Origin: a virus
IMG/VR virus record: IMGVR_UViG_3300046168_000026
Coordinates: 1-64,000 of that record
Strand: one strand, 5' to 3'
Length of the DNA stretch: 64,000 nucleotides
A model generated the notes under the pieces. It was not told where the DNA came from. It did no database searches and was given only the letters and a program-made list of their open reading frames with translations. The position numbers and the translations under genes are program-made. Of the stretch, positions 60,651 through 64,000 are shown piece by piece; the first letter of the stretch is position 1; every line of letters begins with the position of its first letter.

Positions 60651-60711
60651 CTAATATACAACATTTATTTGATATCGCCAAACTTTTAATGTTAAGAAAT
60701 TGTTAAATTTT
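60651..60711 (-). promoter_or_regulatory. TTAACA-N5-TTAACA promoter element, copy J
   Basis: Same core; TGTATATTAG. Confidence 0.75.
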
Positions 60712-61282
60712 GAAACGCTTTCTCAACCTTAACATACTCTTTATCGGTCATGTAAGTCTTATTGTGGGATAAAAATCCTTCGATTGTACTCCAAACTTGA
60801 TTTACTGCTTGAGATTCTTCGTTCCAAGAGTTTATCCAATATTCAACTGAACCCCACTTTGGTTTGTTATTACAGAAAACATAAGATGGAAAATACTTCA
60901 ATTCAGTTCCATTGTCAGTACAAGTATCATAGTCATTGTATTCGTACATATCAATCATACCATTGAAAGAACCACCTTTAAATATCTGAGAGAAGTTCTC
61001 TATTTGTTCGTAAATATTTTCATCAACCGATGAACCATCTGCGTTAGATACATTCACATCAACTGATGAACCACCACTATAAGTTTTGGAGTTACTCCAC
61101 ACTTTTATTTCAGGGAAGTTTTTCTTGACATATTGTTTGATAACTGATGCTGAATTCTTAGCATTCATATGGATGTAATCTTTTTCTTCAGAATACCAAT
61201 TGTCTTGGTTCTTTTTGATTAATGCTGATTGTGGTAACTCGTAGTTCACACCTTGGATTGTTAATTTGATTTTTTTACTCAT
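60692..61282 (-). CDS. LPD29-like (large polyvalent protein-associated domain) protein
   Basis: IKQYVKKNFP.IKV..S..YSGGSSVDV...F..GSFNGM.D.Y. Confidence 0.6.
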   Translation of the reverse strand: MSKKIKLTIQGVNYELPQSALIKKNQDNWYSEEKDYIHMNAKNSASVIKQYVKKNFPEIKVWSNSKTYSGGSSVDVNVSNADGSSVDENIYEQIENFSQIFKGGSFNGMIDMYEYNDYDTCTDNGTELKYFPSYVFCNNKPKWGSVEYWINSWNEESQAVNQVWSTIEGFLSHNKTYMTDKEYVKVEKAFQNLTIS

Positions 61283-61324
61283 TTTTTATTTATTTAATTA
61301 TTACTCTTATCACTTATTACACTA

Positions 61325-61385
61325 CTAAAGTACGACAATTAAATGAGAAATCCAAATTTTTAATGTTAAGAAATTGTTAAATTTT
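61325..61385 (-). promoter_or_regulatory. TTAACA-N5-TTAACA promoter element, copy K
   Basis: Same core; CGTACTTTAG. Confidence 0.75.
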
Positions 61386-62010
61386 GCTTTATTTTGAATT
61401 TTTTTAGTGGTTTTTCCCAAAAATCATAGATTTCATCCTTTTTATACCCAAATTTGATGTAATCGTTGTTGAATCGTTCCCAACATACTTGCCTTAAATG
61501 AGTTTCGTCAAAATAAATGGGTGGATATTCAGTTTTACCAACAAATGGTACTTGAAAATCATCTGGCATAAACCACAATTCTTTTAAATCTTCTTTAATA
61601 TTTTCTGCTCTGATAAGTAAATCTATCTGTTTTGATGTATTATTTATTAAATCCCAAAGATTCCAACCATTAACCCAATCTTCTGTCATAGATTGTAGAC
61701 ATTCTATTGGTCCATTTGATGGGTCAATCATTTCGTGTCGTTCACCACCATACCCATACTTCCAATAACTTAACCATCTATAATATGGGTGTCTAATACT
61801 TGCAATATGAATGTAATCATCACCTGCTTCTTCAGGCCAATTGTTTACATGAGTAAAATCGGATGGATGTTCATCAGAAGGCCAATCAGGATTCAAATCA
61901 CAATATTCTAAGAAAATATCTCGAACAGACCTTGACGCTACCTTAGCGGGAGCAGTCCATACGAATTTATACTTGTGACTTATGTTTGCACCTCTGTTTT
62001 TAAAATCCAT
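61366..62010 (-). CDS. Sulfotransferase family 2-like protein
   Basis: 5'-PSB-like FVW..PAKVASRSV; 3'-PB RHPYYRWLSYW; IRAENI; D...FGY. Confidence 0.72.
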   Translation of the reverse strand: MDFKNRGANISHKYKFVWTAPAKVASRSVRDIFLEYCDLNPDWPSDEHPSDFTHVNNWPEEAGDDYIHIASIRHPYYRWLSYWKYGYGGERHEMIDPSNGPIECLQSMTEDWVNGWNLWDLINNTSKQIDLLIRAENIKEDLKELWFMPDDFQVPFVGKTEYPPIYFDETHLRQVCWERFNNDYIKFGYKKDEIYDFWEKPLKKFKIKQNLTIS

Positions 62011-62592
62011 TTACATTTCCGTATTGAAGAAGAAAGTCTGAAATAGTCTACCATCGTATTGGTCTCTACCAAAGTAGTCTAATGAAGCGTGAAAGTAATC
62101 ACCTCTATAAATTACTAATCGATTGTATACATTTGCCAATCTATCAGTCATTTCCCATTTTGTATAGTCTTGAGAATCTTTGTATATTTCATTCATCAAT
62201 TCATTGTCAGGAGTTCCGTCTGCCTTATATGGATGACTGGTCAACCCAGTTGCCTTGTGTTTAAATAAACCCGTTCCTGCGCTTAATGGGGCGTTTGGTG
62301 TTAAATAACAAACACCTGCCCACCTTGTAGTGTTGTCTGCATGAATCCAAGTTCTGTCACCTTGTGTTGTATATTGATATGCTCCTGTGTATTCGTCTCC
62401 CCAATCTGTAACTCTACCCCATTGTGGTGATATAACAGATTCGATAGTATCTGTTATTGATTCATTTAAAAATGGTATTGTTCTTTGACCTGGGTAATTA
62501 CCTCGTACTCCGAAGTCTTGTGATAATGCGAATTGTCTTACTTCGTCAGGATTTGAGTAGAAGTTTTCAATAATGAATGCGTTTACTTCCAT
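62011..62592 (-). CDS. 2OG-Fe(II) oxygenase-like (DUF6445-type)
   Basis: NFYSNPD.VR, YPGQR, WIHAD, YL.P, NRLVIY...H...RL.Q.FF. Confidence 0.78.
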   Translation of the reverse strand: MEVNAFIIENFYSNPDEVRQFALSQDFGVRGNYPGQRTIPFLNESITDTIESVISPQWGRVTDWGDEYTGAYQYTTQGDRTWIHADNTTRWAGVCYLTPNAPLSAGTGLFKHKATGLTSHPYKADGTPDNELMNEIYKDSQDYTKWEMTDRLANVYNRLVIYRGDYFHASLDYFGRDQYDGRLFQTFFFNTEM

Positions 62593-62608
62593 AACTTATT
62601 TATTAAAT

Positions 62609-63517
62609 TTATTTCATGTTTTTAGTTATACTATCGGGAGCGTTCTGAGACACCCAATTAAATAACTTTGATTTCCATACTTTTTCAGGTAATATTCCTT
62701 TACCTTCTCTCTTTACTGGTAATGATAAGAATCCTTTTGCAATACCTTCAATATTATTTCCATCAGCATCTTTGTAAAATACCGTATGTTGTGGATTATT
62801 TAATATCACATCAACCCTACCATTTAGTCCATTTGGCATTGCCTTTGTTACAAGACCCCAAACAGTATTTGATGCACCTTCATGAGTTTTTAATAGAATA
62901 TCCTCAGGCACCATTCGTTCTCTTTGTCTATTATTATCAAGTGCGGTTACATAATTAGTAAGAACCCATGTTAAGTGTACATTTTTAGATTCATATCCAG
63001 CTTTTTTTAACATAGGAATTATACTTGTAATATCTGTAACATCCTTTGCCGTAATATCAAACATAATATTAGGAAGTGTTTCAGGATTATCTTTACCTAC
63101 TAATAGTTTTTCTAATGAATTATCTTTGATACCTGTTGCTTTTACTAACTGATGTAATGCTCTAACATGGTCAGGTTTCTTTAATTGTAAGTTTCTTAAC
63201 TGAAATCCTTGTGATTGAATGTTCCTAATGATTTCTATTTCTTTTGCTGGTATATTTTTACCATACTTTTTCAATATAGAATCAATATCTAATTTACCCA
63301 TTCTATTTAGAATCTGAAGTTGTTTTTTCATTTTATCAACATCACGAACTTTGAATGCGGTATTATCTATAAAATGTGAACCTGAGAATCCTTTACCACT
63401 ACCTGCACCACCTGCCAAGAATACAACTTGACCATATGGTTTTCTTTGATTATATACAATTAACTTTTCGTCTAATTGTTCTTCTGTTAGTATCTCTAAA
63501 ATAAAGTCTTTAATCAT
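62609..63517 (-). CDS. P-loop kinase (zeta-toxin/AAA_33-like)
   Basis: LAGGAGSGKG, FDIT, N..R.R.VP. Confidence 0.7.
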   Translation of the reverse strand: MIKDFILEILTEEQLDEKLIVYNQRKPYGQVVFLAGGAGSGKGFSGSHFIDNTAFKVRDVDKMKKQLQILNRMGKLDIDSILKKYGKNIPAKEIEIIRNIQSQGFQLRNLQLKKPDHVRALHQLVKATGIKDNSLEKLLVGKDNPETLPNIMFDITAKDVTDITSIIPMLKKAGYESKNVHLTWVLTNYVTALDNNRQRERMVPEDILLKTHEGASNTVWGLVTKAMPNGLNGRVDVILNNPQHTVFYKDADGNNIEGIAKGFLSLPVKREGKGILPEKVWKSKLFNWVSQNAPDSITKNMK

Positions 63518-63740
63518 TTTTTCCCCTTAATGGAAATCGTTTACTACGATTATCGTAATTTTCTTTTTGGTATGGAAACATACGATTCAATCTATCTTGG
63601 CGTTTTTTACACCCACAATCTTCTTTACCTGCGACCTCGGCAATCTTTTCAGCCAACTTGTCTAATTTAGTTGCTGATGTGATTTTCTTGATTGTATCAC
63701 CTACACCTTTTGATTTTTCATTCCACTTCATAAGTTTCAT
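63510..63740 (-). CDS. Conserved phage hypothetical protein
   Basis: GVGDTI...DCGCKKRQ..LN..FPY. Confidence 0.6.
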   Translation of the reverse strand: MKLMKWNEKSKGVGDTIKKITSATKLDKLAEKIAEVAGKEDCGCKKRQDRLNRMFPYQKENYDNRSKRFPLRGKND

Positions 63741-63954
63741 CTATCTCTACGCTGAATCCATCTTTACGAAACAACTCGTATAAGTCTTCAACCATTATTA
63801 TGTCCCCAGTATAAATATCACACTTTCCATTATTATGTACAATGTTTGCAACTGATTGCCCTTGCGTCATTGGAAAGGACAAGTATTTTCTCAAAACACT
63901 CACAACTTCGTCAAATGTATGAATGTCATCATCTAACAAATATAATTTAGCCAT
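63718..63954 (-). CDS. clpS: ClpS adaptor-like protein
   Basis: L.L.DDDIHTFDEVV..L...A.IVH..GKC. Confidence 0.75.
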   Translation of the reverse strand: MAKLYLLDDDIHTFDEVVSVLRKYLSFPMTQGQSVANIVHNNGKCDIYTGDIIMVEDLYELFRKDGFSVEIDETYEVE

Positions 63955-64000
63955 GATTAAAGTTCATATTGAATAACTTGTTTAATATCATACTTTTGTT

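Overview
This 64 kb window is a segment of a large, AT-rich T4-like (myovirus-type) bacteriophage, probably infecting an aquatic Bacteroidota/Flavobacteriia host. Evidence for the host: TTTG...TAnnTT promoters, mostly Shine-Dalgarno-less starts, and DUF4494, Bacteroidota-style ClpS and lipoprotein genes. Essentially all real genes are on the minus strand. Layout: 1-22.4 kb holds tail/baseplate genes plus a replication/recombination trio (fused SbcD-SbcC, primase, T7-endoI-like resolvase). 22.7-28.6 kb holds a gp55-like sigma factor, HD hydrolase, ClpP, UvsE, a PseT-like phosphatase and Hsp20. 28.7-49.8 kb is accessory/early (MoxR-AAA + VWA, CysC, nucleotidyl-, methyl- and glycosyltransferases, SET, ThyA, GIY-YIG/ParB fusion, 7 tRNA or tRNA-like genes). 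50.0-51.2 kb is a motif-dense non-coding region. 51.2-64 kb holds GroEL/GroES/J-domain/ClpS, a sulfotransferase, a 2OG oxygenase and a P-loop kinase. Best leads: (1) two tandem, covarying non-canonical tRNA-Gly-like RNAs with their own promoter; (2) a strong [S/T]-[G/A/S]-S bias in outer virion proteins alongside a dispersed glycosyl/sulfo/methyl-transfer toolkit, a candidate virion glyco-sulfation system; (3) a repeated TTAACA-N5-TTAACA promoter element that also supplies upstream stop codons; (4) a non-coding array of DnaA-, IHF-, MraZ- and heat-shock-like sites (origin and/or transcription-factor decoy). All protein calls come from motif recognition by eye; no searches were run.
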